Assembly: GCA_038087875.1 (NCBI GenBank)
Contig: CM075994.1
Location: forward strand, 6,822,001 to 6,886,000
Source: Malacoraja senta
Lineage: Eukaryota
Reading direction: 5' to 3'
DNA length: 64,000 nt
Positions 28,122 through 40,598 of the stretch are shown piece by piece; position 1 is the stretch's first letter; every line of letters begins with the position of its first letter. The position numbers and the translations under genes were made by a program. The notes beneath the pieces were generated by a model, which worked only from the letters and a program-made list of their open reading frames with translations, was not told the origin of the DNA and made no database searches.

Positions 28122-28197
28122 TTACATAGAAACTTCCGAGCAAGCATAAGGCGTTGCATTTTAATAGGTTAAATGAAAGGTGAAAATATAAAATTTT

Positions 28198-28742
28198 AAT
28201 TTAGTTTAGTTCAGTTTAGTTTATTGTTATGTGTACTGAGGTACAGTGAAAAGCTTTTGCTGTGCGCTAACCAGTCAGCAGAAAGACAATACATGATTAC
28301 AATCGAGCCATTTACAGTGTATAGATTCGTGATAAGGGAATACATTTAGTGCAAGGTAAAGCCAGTAAAGTTTGATCAAGGATAGCCGAGGGTCTCCAAT
28401 GAGGTAGATGGTAGTTCAGCTCTGCTCTCTGGATGTGGTAGGATGGTTCAGTTGCCTGATAACAGCTGGGAAGAAACTGTTCCTGAATCTGGAGGTGTGC
28501 ATTTTCACACTTCTGTACCTTGTGCCCAATGTGAGAGGGGAGGGGAGAAGAGGAAGTGGCCGGGGTGAGACTGGTCCTTGATTATGCTGCTGGCCTTGCC
28601 GAGGCAGCGTGAGGTGTGGATGGAGTCAATGGAAGGGAGGTTGGTTTGTGTGATGGTCTGGGCTGCGTCCACAATTTGCTGTCACAATTTCTTGCGGTCT
28701 TGGATGGAGCAGTTCCCAAACCAAGCTGTCGTGCATCCTGAC
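28198..28742 (-). mobile_element. Rex1/Babar-like LINE 3' fragment
   Basis: Minus strand reads TAWFGNCSIQDRK... and ...LGTRYRSVK..TSRFRNSFFPAVIRQLN, then a tail ending ...AATAAACTAAACTGAACTAAAC. Confidence 0.75.
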
Positions 28743-28929
28743 CCTCAGCCTGGTGGAAGTGTGGTCGAAAGTGGCAAGGTCATGGCAATCTGTGCCAGGC
28801 CCATCCTTCACAACACCTGTGACAGGTCGAACCTCAGCAGGTAGTGGCACTTTCTGCCCACGTGCCTTGGCTCTACGCTCCACCTGATGCAGCCACACGC
28901 AAAGGTGGGCATCTGGGCACCATGGTGAG

Positions 28930-29460
28930 GGTGACCTTTGCTCAATCCGCCAGGGCCTGCCATATCTCCCGGTTGCCAAACACTAACTCCCCTTCCCATT
29001 CCCACACTGACTTTTCTGTCCTGGGCCTCCTCCACTGTCAGAGTGAGGCCCAACGCATATTGGAGATACATCACCTCATATTTTGTTTGGGCAGTTTACA
29101 ACCCAGTGGTATGAATGTTGACTTCTCTAACATGAAGTAACCCTGGCATCCCCTCTCTCTATTCCTCCCCACCCAAGTCACACCAGCTTCTTGTTCTCAC
29201 CCAACAAACAGCTAACAATGGCCTATTTCCTTGATCATTGTTACTTTTTTGCATATCTTTCATTCATTGCTCTTTATCTCTCTACATCATCGTCTTTATC
29301 TCTTGATTCCCTCTCCCTTGAACCTCAGTCTGAAGAAGGGTCTCGACCGGAAACGTCACCCATTCCATCTCTCCAGAGATGCTGCCTGTCCCGCTGAGTT
29401 ACTCCAGCATTTTGCGTCTATCTTTGGTTTAAACCAGCATCTGCAGTTCCTTCCTATACA
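28930..29460 (+). mobile_element. Penelope-like element 3' part with terminal repeat
   Basis: NSPSHSHTDFSVLGLLHCQSEAQRILEIHHLIFCLGSLQPSGMNVDFSN-stop (29140), followed by the CTGAAGAAGGGTCTCGACC..GAAACGTC repeat at 29330. Confidence 0.8.
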
Positions 29461-29821
29461 TTTAGTTTAGTTTAGTTTAATTTGGAGATACAGCATGGAA
29501 ACAGGCCCTTCGGCCCACCGAGTCTATGCTGACCAGTGATCCCTGCACACTAACGCTATCCTGCTCACTAGGGAGAATTTACATTTATGCCAAGCCATTT
29601 AACCTGCAAGCCTGTACGTCTTTGGTGTGTGGGATGAAACCGAAGATCTTGGAGGAAACCCACGTGGGTCACAGGGAAAACATACAAACCCCGTACAGAC
29701 AGCACCCGTGGTCAGGATCGAACCCAGGTCTCTTGCGCTGTGAGGCAGAAACTCTACCGCTACGACACCGTGCCACCATAATATATTATATATATTTAAT
29801 ACACACACACACACACATATA

Positions 29822-31436
29822 CAGTGGCTTGCAAAAGTATTCATACCCCTTGAACTTTTCCACATTTTGTCACGTTACAACCACAAACGTAAATGTATTT
29901 TATTGGGATTTTATGTGATAGACCAACACAAAGTGGCGCATAATTGTGAAGTGGAAGGAAAATGATACATGGTTTTCAAATTTTTTTACAAATAAAAAAC
30001 TGAAAAGTGTCACGTGCAAAGGTATTCAGCCCCCTTTACTCTGATACCCCTAAATAAAATCCAGTGCAACCAATTGCCTTCAGACGTCACCTAATTAGTA
30101 AATAGAGTCCACTTGTGTGTAATCTAATCTCAGTATAAATACAGCTGTTCTGTGAAGGCCTCAGAGGTTTGTTAGAGAACATTAGTGAACAAACAGCATC
30201 ATGAAGCCCAAGGAACACACCAGACAGGTCAGGGATAAAGTTGTGGAGAAGTTTAAAGCAGGGTTAGGTTATAAACAAATATCCCAAGCTTTGAACATCT
30301 CACGGAGCACTGTTCAATCCATCATCCGAAAATGGAAAGAGTATGGCACAACTGCAAACCTACCAAGACATGGCCGTCCACCTAAACTGACAGGCCAGGC
30401 AAGGAGAGCATTGATCAGAGAAGCAGCCAAGAGGCCCATGGTAACTCTGGAGGAGCTGCAGAGATCCACAGCTCAGGTGGGAGAATCTGTCCACAGGACA
30501 ACTATTAGTCGTGCACTCCACAAATCGGGCCTTTATGGAAGAGTGGCAAGAAGAAAGCCATTGTTGAAAAAAAGCCATAAGAAGTCCCGTTTGCAGTTTG
30601 CCACAAGCCATGTGGGGGACACAGCAAACATGTGGAGGAAGGTGCTCTGGTCAGATGAGACCAAAATTGAAGTTTTTGGCCTAAATACAAAACGCTATGT
30701 GTGGCGGAAACCTAACACTGCACATCACCCTGAACACACCATCCCCACTGTGAAACATGGTGGTGGCAGCATCATGCTGTGGGGATGCTTTTCTTCAGCA
30801 GGGACAGGGAAGCTGGTCAGAGTTGATGGGAAGATGGATGGATCCAAATACAAGGCAATCTTGGAAGAAAACCTGTTAGAGTCTGCAAAAGACTTGAGAC
30901 TGGGGCGGAGGTTCACCTTCCAGCAGGACAACGACCCTAAACATACAGCCAGAGCTACAATGGAATGGTTTAGATCAAAGCATATTCATGTGTTAGAATG
31001 GCCCAGTCAAAGTTCAGACCTAAATCCAATTGAGAATCTCTGGCAAGACTTGAAAATTGCTGTTCACAGACGCTCTCCATCCAATCTGACTGAGCTTGAG
31101 CTATTTTGCAAAGAAGAATGGGCAAAGATTTCAGTCTCTAGATGTGCAAAGCCGGTAGACATACCCCAAAAGACTTGCAGCTGTAATTGCAGCGAAAGGT
31201 GGTTCTACAAAGTATTGACTCGGGGGGGCTGAATACTTTTGCACGCGACACTTTTCAGTTTTTTATTTGTAAAAAAATTTGAGAATCATGTATCATTTTC
31301 CTTCCACTTCACAATTATGCGCCACTTTGTGTTGGTCTAACACATAAAATCCCAATAAAATACATTTACGTTTGTGGTTGTAACGTGACAAAATGTGGAA
31401 AAGTTCAAGGGGTATGAAAACTTTTGCAAGCCCCTG
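29822..31436 (+). mobile_element. Tc1-family (IR/DR-type) DNA transposon, full length
   Basis: TA TSD at 29820-29821 and 31437-31438. TIRs of ~213 bp (29822-30034 / 31224-31436, about 7 mismatches by eye) each hold an outer and an inner direct repeat (TGCAAAAGTATTCA..CCCC). Confidence 0.97.
30201..31218 (+). pseudogene. Tc1 DD34E transposase with a 2-nt frameshift near the C-terminus
   Basis: Paired-like HTH N-terminus, GRPPKL, WSDETK, FQQDND, then 34 residues to E in NPIEN. After ~31157 the alternative frame gives the canonical TYPKRLAAVIAAKGGSTKY-stop (TGA 31216-31218). The usual SPDLNPIE reads SSDLNPIE. Confidence 0.93.
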
Positions 31437-31518
31437 TATATATGTGTGTGTTGATGTGTATGTGTGTGTATATGTGTGTGTGGGTGTGTGGGTGTAGGTG
31501 TGTGTGTATGTGTGTGTA

Positions 31519-31593
<75 letters not shown>

Positions 31594-31628
31594 CTGTGTG
31601 TGTGTGTGTATGTGTGTGTGAGTGTATG

Positions 31629-31659
<31 letters not shown>

Positions 31660-32078
31660 CAGTGTGTGTGTCAGTGTGTGTGTATGTGTGTGTGTATGTG
31701 TGTGTGAGTGTATGTAGATGTGTATGTGTGTGTGTGTGTGTATGTGTGTGTGTGCATGTATGTAGGTGTGTGTGTGTATGTGTGTGTCTGTGTGTGTGTG
31801 TGGGTCTGTGTGTGTATACACACAGATATATAAGCATAAACTATATATATTTATATATTTATAAAAACACAAACACATGCACATGCACACACACTATATA
31901 TATATATACATGTGTATACATGCAGGTATATACAAATATGTGGATATGTCTGTGTAGAATGAATATGTGCTATATACTGTAAATGTTATATATATGTGTA
32001 TATATGTTTGTGTATAGACACACGCGCAAATATATATATATATAAAAATATATATATACATATATTTGTGTGTGTATC

Positions 32079-32146
<68 letters not shown>

Positions 32147-32338
32147 CACACACACATATATATATATATATATCAGTCTGAAGGGTCTCGACCCGAAACG
32201 TCACCCATTCCTTCTCTCCAGAGATGCTGCCTGTCCCGCTGAGTTATTCCAGCATTTTGTGTCTACCTTTACATATGTGTACATAGAAATATATATACAC
32301 ACACGCATATATATATATATGTTTGTGTGTGTGTGTGT

Positions 32339-32402
<64 letters not shown>

Positions 32403-32420
32403 TATAACACATTATATATA
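31437..32420. repeat. Compound (TG)n/(TA)n/(CA)n microsatellite field with an embedded PLE repeat (32174-32268)
   Basis: Directly visible dinucleotide runs. They are the source of the many HT/CV-rich spurious ORFs. Confidence 0.97.
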
Positions 32421-35400
32421 TATTTGTCATGCACATGTCATTAAATGTCATTGTTTAGTTTCGGGACTCATGACAAAAACATTTGACTTGACAATTGACG
32501 CACTCACTGAAACTGAAACTGCAGCTCGGAGCCAACCCTTGCACATACACACTGGTTTCTACATCGTTCAGTGCGGTCGAACAAAGTAAGGCGCTCCGCC
32601 AAAAAAATACAAATCTACAAAAAACAACTCCCGCAGAATGGCAACAGTTTCCACGAAATGGTACCAGACGTCGATGGAAAGGTATTGAAGTCTCAAGTGA
32701 GGCATGTTATTACACTATGTAATTTCTGAACTAGGTGGGGAACGTTTGTTGACTCGCCGTTTCTGCCCTGTATGTCCCACAGCTTCATGAACAGAGTGGC
32801 GATTGTCAGCGTGTCCACTTACAGGGATCGATATCTGGAGGAGATGAGGAAAAATGATTACCAGACGCCGAAAGCTGAGCTGAATGGACAAGCCAAGGTG
32901 CAGTGTTGTTTTTCTCCATAGCGATCTCAAGACTGTACGCGGCCATCTATCTGCTTCCTTCTTAAACTGTCGTTGTAAATGGGGTGTCGAGTCTGAAATG
33001 CTTTCTTTATCATTCTGAGCCTGAAGAAGGGTCTCGACCCGAAAAGGCACCCATTCCTTCTCTCCAGGTGTGCTGCCTGGCCCGCTGAGTTACTCCAGCA
33101 TTGTGTGTCTATCTTCGGTGTAAACCAGCGTCTGCAGTTCCTTCCTACACAGTTTTTTTAATTCCCTATTGCATTCATAGGCTCGATTTATCAAATGTTA
33201 GAAACAAGGAACTGCAGATGCTGGTTTACAAAATCGCAATCATTGAGACAGGGGGTTATATTAAATAAAACACAAAGTGCTGGAGTAACTCAGCTGGTCG
33301 GGCAGCATTTCAGGAGAACACAGATAGATGCCTCAAAATGCTGGGGTAATTCTGCCGGACAGACAGCTGGAGAGAGGAAACGGGTGACATTTCGGGTCGA
33401 GACCTTTCTTCAGACCCGAAACGTCACCCATTCCTTCTCTCCAGAGATGCTGCCTGTCCCGATGAGTAACTCCAGCGTTGTCTCTGTCTACCTTCGGCTT
33501 AAACCAGCATCTGCTGTCAGCAGGATTGACAATTCCCGTTCTTTGTGCGGAAACAGGAAACTCTGGTCAGGATAGACACAAAATGCTGGAGTAACTCAGC
33601 GGGACAGGCAGCATCTCGGGAGAGAAGGAATGTTTTGTTTAAAAACAAATAATGATAGTTTCCGGTCCAAACCGTTCTTCAGACTGATGTCAGGGGAGTG
33701 GGAGGTACATAGAGAAGGAAGTCTATAGATAAACTCTATCTCTGCGCCACCGTGTCGCCCTTATCTATACACTTCCATTTTTCTATGTACCTCCCACTCC
33801 CCTGACATCAGTCTGAAGAAAGGTCCAGGTTCGATCCCGACTACGGGTGCTGTTTTTACGGAGTCTGTACGTTCTACCCGTGACCTGCGTGGGTTTTCTC
33901 CGAGATCTTTGGTTTCCTCCCACACTCCCAAGACGTGCAGATTTGTACGTTAATTGGATTGGTGTAAATGACCCGAAACGTCACCCATTCCTTCTCTTCA
34001 CAGATGGTGCCTGACCCGCTGAGTTACTCCAGCATTTTGTGTCTACCGTCAAACAAAAGTAGAAATGAGTAAATAGCCCCACCTAATGGTGGTGTTAGCA
34101 AATGAGTTGCAGAACCAACTTCCATGGGGTATTTCATAGAATCATAGAGTCGTAGAGTGATACAGTGGGGAAACAGATCCTTCGGCCCAACTTGCCCACA
34201 CCGGCCAACATGTCCCAGCTTCACTAGTTCCCACCTGCCTTTGCTGGGTCCATATACCTCCAAACCTGTCCTATCCATGTACCTGTCTTTTTCTTGAACG
34301 TTGGGATAGTCCCAGCCTCAACTGCCTCCTCTGGCAGCTTGTTCCATGCATCCACCACCCTTTGTGTGGAAAAAGTTACCCCTCAGATTCCTATTAAATC
34401 TTTTCCCCTTCACCTTGAACCTATGTCCTCTGGTCCTCGATTCACCTACTCAGAGCAAGAGATTCTGTGCATCTACCCGATCTGTTCCTCTCATGATTTT
34501 ATACACCTCTATATGATCCATTATAACATGTTCTTTCCATTATAAATGTTATTATCCGCATCGGAAATACTTTTAATTTTGACTGTGAATTAAGTACATA
34601 TGCAGGATTTTTTATATTACTGCTGATTGTCACCAATTGTATATTTTATTCACTAGATTTAGCCCAATTATGTGTTATTTATTTAGGGCGCCACGGTGGC
34701 GCAGCGGTAGAGTTGCTGCCTCACAGCGACAGAGACCCCGGTTCCATCCAAGGGTGCTGTCTGTACGGAGTCTACATACTCCCCGTGACCTGCGTGGGTT
34801 TTCTCCGGGTGCTCCAGTTTCCTCCCACACTCCAAAGATGGCAATGGCGGCACGGTGGCGCAGCAGCAGTTGCTGCCTTACAGCACTTACAGCGCCAGCG
34901 ACCCTCGTTCGATCCTGACCACGGGTTCTGTCTGCTTGGAGTTTGTACTTTCTCCCCGTGTCCACGTGGGTTTTCTCCGAGATCTTCGGTTTCATCCCAC
35001 ACTCCAAAGACGTACAGGTTTGTTGGTTAATTGGCTTGGTATAAATGTAAATTGTCCCTAGTGTGTGCAGGATAGTGTTAGTGTGCGGGGATTGCTGGTC
35101 AGCGCGGACTCGGTGGGCCGAAGGGCTTGTTTCCACACTGCATCTCTAAAGCCTAAAGTCTAAAAGAACAGCTATTTTCAATGCTGCAGGTTAATAATAT
35201 TATTTACATGCTGTATTACAGGGCAGATGTCAAAATACATCAAAAACATGCCAAAAGTGAAAATCAATCCATCGAACAACCTTATGCCAGGATTGCAGCA
35301 CATTGAGACATATTTTGAAGATCGACAAGCAACTGCGAAATGAAATGAAACGAGCTAGCTTGTGCAAGGATTAAAACAAATCAACTTCTTTTTAGATCTA

Positions 35401-36244
35401 CAGAAAGTAAACCTGAAATATTAATCTTGAATTCTGATGTTGTTGACAAGATTCCTCAAAATTTGTTAACATGTTGACCTTTTATTTTGCCTTTAAAAGG
35501 AAGCTCTCACAAGGAAGCCGATTGCCCGGTTAATGATTTATTGCTGGCAATTTTTCTACAAAACAATAAAATTGATGCAGTATTGGTTGTTGCTTTTTTT
35601 AATGAACAGGTGCGACTGTGTGAGCAAAGGTATAAAAAGACATTTAAAATCTACTTACAAAACATAATATAATGCAGATACCCTCTCCTCCCCTCCACAC
35701 CCACCCCTGCGCCCTCCCCCCCATCTTCCACACCCACTCCATCCTTCCCTCTCAACCTCCTACCTCCCTATCAACCCCACTCCTATCCAGTTTCCTACCT
35801 CCCCACCCTTCTTTTCACCCCCCCCCTTCCCTCCCCTCCTCCCCTCGCCCCTGCTCCCCCTCCTCCTCCCCTTACCCCTCCCCCTAACTGGTCCAACCAA
35901 TCTTCCAACCCCTTCACCATCTCGTCTGACAACAGACAATAGACAATAGGTGCATGAGTAGGCCATTTGGCCCTTCGAGCCAGCACCGCCATTCAATGTG
36001 ATCATGACTGATCATCCCCAATCAGTACCCCGTTCCTGCCTTCTCCCCATATCCCCGGACTCCGCTATTTTTAAGAGCCCTATCTAGCTCTCTCTTGAAA
36101 GCATCCAGAGAACCGGCTTCAACTGCCCTCTGAGGCAGAGAATTCCACAGACTCACCACACTCTGTGAGAAAAAGTGTTTCCTCGTCTCCGTTCTAAATG
36201 GCTTACTCCTTATTCTTAACTCTTTGACGATTGTTAGGTGCTGG

Positions 36245-36801
36245 TGATAGACACAACATGCTGGCGTAACTCAGCGGGTCAGGCAACATCTCTGGAGACA
36301 AGGAATGGGTGACGTTTTGGGTCAGGACCCATCTTTAGACTGAGAGTCAGGGGAGAGGGAGACCCTGAGATAATGAAGTGTAAGGTGTGAAAATGGGACA
36401 AAGGGATGGAGACCAAGGACAATGTAGAATAGATCATTGTTAGCTGGGAGAAGGTGACAACGAAGCAAACAGAAATAAAATGTTATGGGGACAGTCAGAC
36501 TGGTCGGAGAACGGGGGATGGAGAGAGAGGGAAAGCAAAGATAGAGACGTCAATGTTCATACCGCTGGGGTGTAAGCTGCCCAAGCCAAATATGAGGTGC
36601 TGTTCCTCCAATTAGCGTTGGGTCCCACTCTGACAGTGGAGGAGGCCCAGGACAGAAAGTTCAGTGTGGGAATGGGAGGGGGAGTTAACGTGTTTGGCAA
36701 CCGGGAGATCAGATAGGTTTAGGCAGACTGAGCGGAGGTGTTCAGCGAAACGATCGGCGAGCCTGCGCTTGGTCTCACCGATGTACAGGAGTCCACACCT
36801 G
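36245..36801 (-). mobile_element. Penelope-like element 3' part interrupted by the hAT element (copy B: 46870-47434 continuing at 49176-49230)
   Basis: Minus strand RCGLLYIGETKRRLADRFAEHLRSV...NSPSHSHTELSVLGLLHCQS (GIY-YIG region). In copy B the upstream part (FTCTSSNLIYCIRCS) resumes after the hAT TSD. Confidence 0.85.
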
Positions 36802-37689
36802 CAGGCCGCCTTAAGCCAATTGGTCCCAATTGGGCCCCACGCCTGTAGGGAGCCCCGCGCTGGAGTAATCTACTCTCGGCTCGGGTAGATCTACCCCGGG
36901 TGGAGGGGGGTGAGAGGGGTGGAGAGAGAGAGTTAGAGTGAGAGGGGTGGAGGGGGAACAAAGGGGTAGATGGAGAGGGGAGTGTGAGGGGGAATGGAGA
37001 AGGGGGAGGTGGGTCGTTCCCTCACGGTCTCGGGGCAGCGCTCCCGCCCCTCCAGTCATCGTGCTTCACGTACACAGCCCCGGCTCCACCCCTCTCTCTC
37101 CCTGGGGAGACGCGGTGAACAATACAGGGAGGGCTGGGCCGGGCCGGGCCGGGCCGGGGGTTGGAGCTACGTTTACAAACCTCGGCCTCAGCTCACACTC
37201 GTCCGCCCCGGACCCCGGCATCCGCTCCCGCCGCCGGCCCTCTCCTTCCCTTCTTCCCTTCCCTTCCCTCCCTCCCCCTTCCTCCCTCCCTCCCTTTCCT
37301 TCCTCCCTCCCTTCTCTCCTTCCATCCCTCCCTTCTCTCCTTCCCTCCCTCCTTCCTCTCTCTCTTTTCCCTTCTCTCCTTCCCCCCTCACTTCTTTCTC
37401 TCCTTCCCTCCCTCCATTCTTTCTCTACTTCCCTCCCTCCTTTCTCTCCTTCCCTCCCTCCCTTCTTTCTCTCCTTCCTCTCTCTCTTTTCCCTTCTCTC
37501 CTTCCCTCCCTCCTTTCTCTCCTTCCCTCCCTCCATACTTTCTCTACTTCCTCCCTCCCTTCACTCTCTCCCTCCCTTCTCTCCTTCCCTCCCACACACA
37601 CACATCACGCACAGACAACAAACACGCACACAACTAACACGCACACACACAACTAAGTTAGGATGGGGTAGAAGCCCCAAGGGTAGGAT

Positions 37690-38986
37690 AATAATAATAA
37701 TAATAGATTTTATTTATATAGCGCTTTTCAGGACTCAAAGTCGCTTTACAATTGAGAGTCAGGAATAAACAAAACAAAATAGAGCAGTAAGACAGAGGGG
37801 GGGGGGGGGGGGGACATGGGACTAAGGGTATGCAGAGGTGAAGAGATGGGTCTTGAGGCGGGACTGGAAGATGGTGAGGGACTCAGAATTTCGGACCGGT
37901 TGTGGGAGGGAATTCCAGAGCCTGGGAGCTGCCCTGGAGAAGGCTCTGCCTCCAAAAGTGCAGAGGTTTGATTTCGGAGTGGAGAGGAGACCAGCTGATG
38001 TGGATCTGAGGGACCGTGAGGGTTGGTAGGGGGAGAGGAGGTCAATGAGATAAGGGGGGCCAGGTTGTTGAGGGCTTTGTAGGTGAGGACCAGGATTTTG
38101 TAGGTGATCCGGTGGGAAATGGGAAGCCAGTGAAGTTCTTTGAGAACTGGGGTGATGTGGTGCCAGGATTTGGTGTGGGTAATGAGTCGAGCGGCTGCAT
38201 TTTGGACCAGTTGGAGTCGTTTGATGCTGCTGGAATTGATTCCGAAAAGAAGAGAGTTACAGTAGTCCAGTCGGGAGGAGATGAAGGCATGGATGAGTCT
38301 TTCAGCAGCAGGGGGTGTGAGAGACGATCTGATTTTTGCAATGTTGCGGAGGTGAAAAAATGATGTTTTGACTACATGGCGGATGTGAGGCTCAAGGGAG
38401 AGGGTTGAGTCAAGGATCACGCCAAGGTTGCGTGCCTGAGGAGATGGGGAGACAGTGGTGCCGTCGATAGTGAGAGTGGGGTTGTTAATTTTAGTGAGTG
38501 TTGATTTGGAGCCAATGAGGAGAAATTCTGTTTTGCTACTGTTTAATTTAAGGAAGTTGAGTTGCATCCAAGATTTGATGGCTGATAGGCAGGAGTTGAT
38601 ATGGGAGAGAGGGGGGTGGTGGGGGGACTTGGTGCTGAGATAGATCTGGGTGTCATCAGCATAGCAGTGGAAGTCCAGGTTGAAGTGACGGAGTATATGA
38701 CCAAGGGGGAGGATGTAGATGATGAAGAGGAGGGGACCAAGAACGGAGCCTTGGGGAACGCCTTGAGTGACAGTGGCTGTGGCAGAGGTGTGGTTATGGA
38801 GAGAGATGAAGTGGGATCGGTTGGAAAGGTAAGAACGGAACCAGCTGAGTGCAGAACCTTCAATGCCAAGGTCCCTAAGTCTGTTGAGCAGGATGTTGTG
38901 GTTGACGGTATCGAAGGCTGCACTCAGGTCGAGGAGGATGAGGATATTGAGGGAGCCAGAGTCAGCAGAGGTAAGGAGGTCATTGA
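37690..38986 (-). mobile_element. 5'-truncated L2-clade LINE (RT domain to 3' end), present only in copy A
   Basis: Minus strand LLDLSAAFDTVNH...GVPQGSVLGP...HCYADDTQI continues in frame into ORF 37746..38567 (NFLKLNSSKTE...SRLDYCNSLL...LQLVQNAAAR...LHWLP). (TTA)n tail. Empty site GGTAGGATGGGACTGAAG in copy B. Confidence 0.93.
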
Positions 38987-39154
38987 GGACTGAAGCCCCA
39001 AATTTAATGCCTGTACTGGTTTTTCGCCAATGGTTATTGGTTTTCCAGGATCTAGTTAATTAAATTACTCTTTTTTCATTTCAGTCATTAAAACAAGTGA
39101 TATTGTACTACGTGCTTTTCAAAGTACACATTTTACTTGTTACTTGTAGGCTTT

Positions 39155-39694
39155 AGGGCCTGTCCCACTTGGGCGACCTAATCCACGAGTTCTGGCGAGT
39201 TTGCCCTCGACTCATACTCACAGCATGGTGGACATGAGGTCGTACGAGGTCTTCGAACTCTCCTTCATGCTCGAGAGTGGTCTCCGCGTACTCGAGGTCT
39301 CAGCTAGGTCGCGACGTTTTTTTCAATATGTTAAAAAATGCCCACGAGTAAAAAAAGTTTGCCTTGGAAAAAATCGATACTTTTTTACTCCTAGGTTTAG
39401 CCGTAGTAGGTCATCATGTTAGTCGTAGGTAATCGAGGGTAGTCATAGATAGTCTTCATCATAGTCGAAGGGAGGTCGAAGGAGATCGAAGGAGGTCGTC
39501 TTCACTCTCCGCTATTTGGTGTCCAATTTTCCCGAAGTTAGTCGTAGCTAGTCGTAGCTAGTCGAAGTGAGTCTTCAACATAGTCAAAGGAGGTCAAAGG
39601 AGGTCTTCTGCATATTCGAAGGAGGTCTTCAACATGTCATTTTTTAAAACTCTTCTAAACTCGCCAATTAGGTCGCCCAAGTGGGACAGGCCCT
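39155..39694. mobile_element. PIF/Harbinger-like MITE (~540 bp), copy A; copy B at 48419-48948
   Basis: TIRs AGGGCCTGTCCCACTTGGGCGACCTAAT / ATTAGGTCGCCCAAGTGGGACAGGCCCT. The empty site GTAGGCTTACAT is visible in the hAT copy at ~13456-13467 (minus strand). TSD TTT/TTA. Confidence 0.85.
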
Positions 39695-40598
39695 TTACAT
39701 GTCTGCAATTTTATATTAAACTGTAGCTTAGATCTGTTAGGTCCATTAACTCGCATGCACTTTTTAAGCGCACATTTTGATTACTTTCCATTCCTCCATA
39801 GAGATATAAAGTCTATAATAGACTTTATTTATGTTTCTATGATTCTACAGACCTTGGCTGGGAACCTGGGGCTCACGAAAATTGTTCCCAATTGGGCCCT
39901 GCACCTCAAGATGGACATAAAATGCTGGAGTAACTCAGCGGGACAAGCAGCATCTCGAGGGTAGGAATGGGGGACGTTCCGGGTCGAGACACTTATGCCT
40001 CAAAACCCACATGTCTTTGGAGTGTGGGAGTAAAGCGGAGCACCCGGAGAAAACCCACCTGGTCACAGGGAGAACCTACAAACTCCGTACAGACAGCACC
40101 CATAGTCAGGATCGAACCTGGGTCTCTGGTGCTGTGAGGCAGCAACTCTACCGCTGCGCCACCATGGCATCTGTTCCCTATCCCAGGTGGCAGCTGAGAA
40201 AGTGTTGGTGAGTCTCCTTCTAGAACTGCTGCAGTCTTAATTTAGAGATACAGCTAGGAAACCGGCCCTTCAGCCCACCGAGTCGGTGCCGACCAGCGAT
40301 CCCCGCACACTAACACTATCCTACACACCAGGGACAATTTACATTTATACCAAGCCAATTAACCTAAACCTGTACGTCTTTGGAGTGTGGGAGGAAACCA
40401 GAACAACCGCAGAAAAGCCACGCAGGTCACGGGTAGAACGTGCAAACTCCGTACAGACAGGACCCGTAGTCGGGATCGAACCCGGGTTGTAAACGCTGTA
40501 AGGCAGCAACTCCACCGCTGCGCCACCATGTCACCTGGTCCTTCTGGAAAAGTTGCCCCCCACGGCGCTTTTTAGAACGGATTCCATGATTTATAATC

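Larger units (their letters stand above)
36802..39907. mobile_element. hAT-type non-autonomous element (copy A) carrying nested L2 and Harbinger-like MITE; distal TIR deleted
   Basis: Starts CAGGCCGCCTTAAGCC after CACACCTG. Reverse-complement homologue of 13236-15016. Ends at a deletion junction GCACCTC|AAGATGG. Confidence 0.8.

Noticed and set aside
31337..32451. Long His/Thr- and Cys/Val-rich ORFs
   Set aside because: Translations of (CA)n/(TG)n microsatellites.
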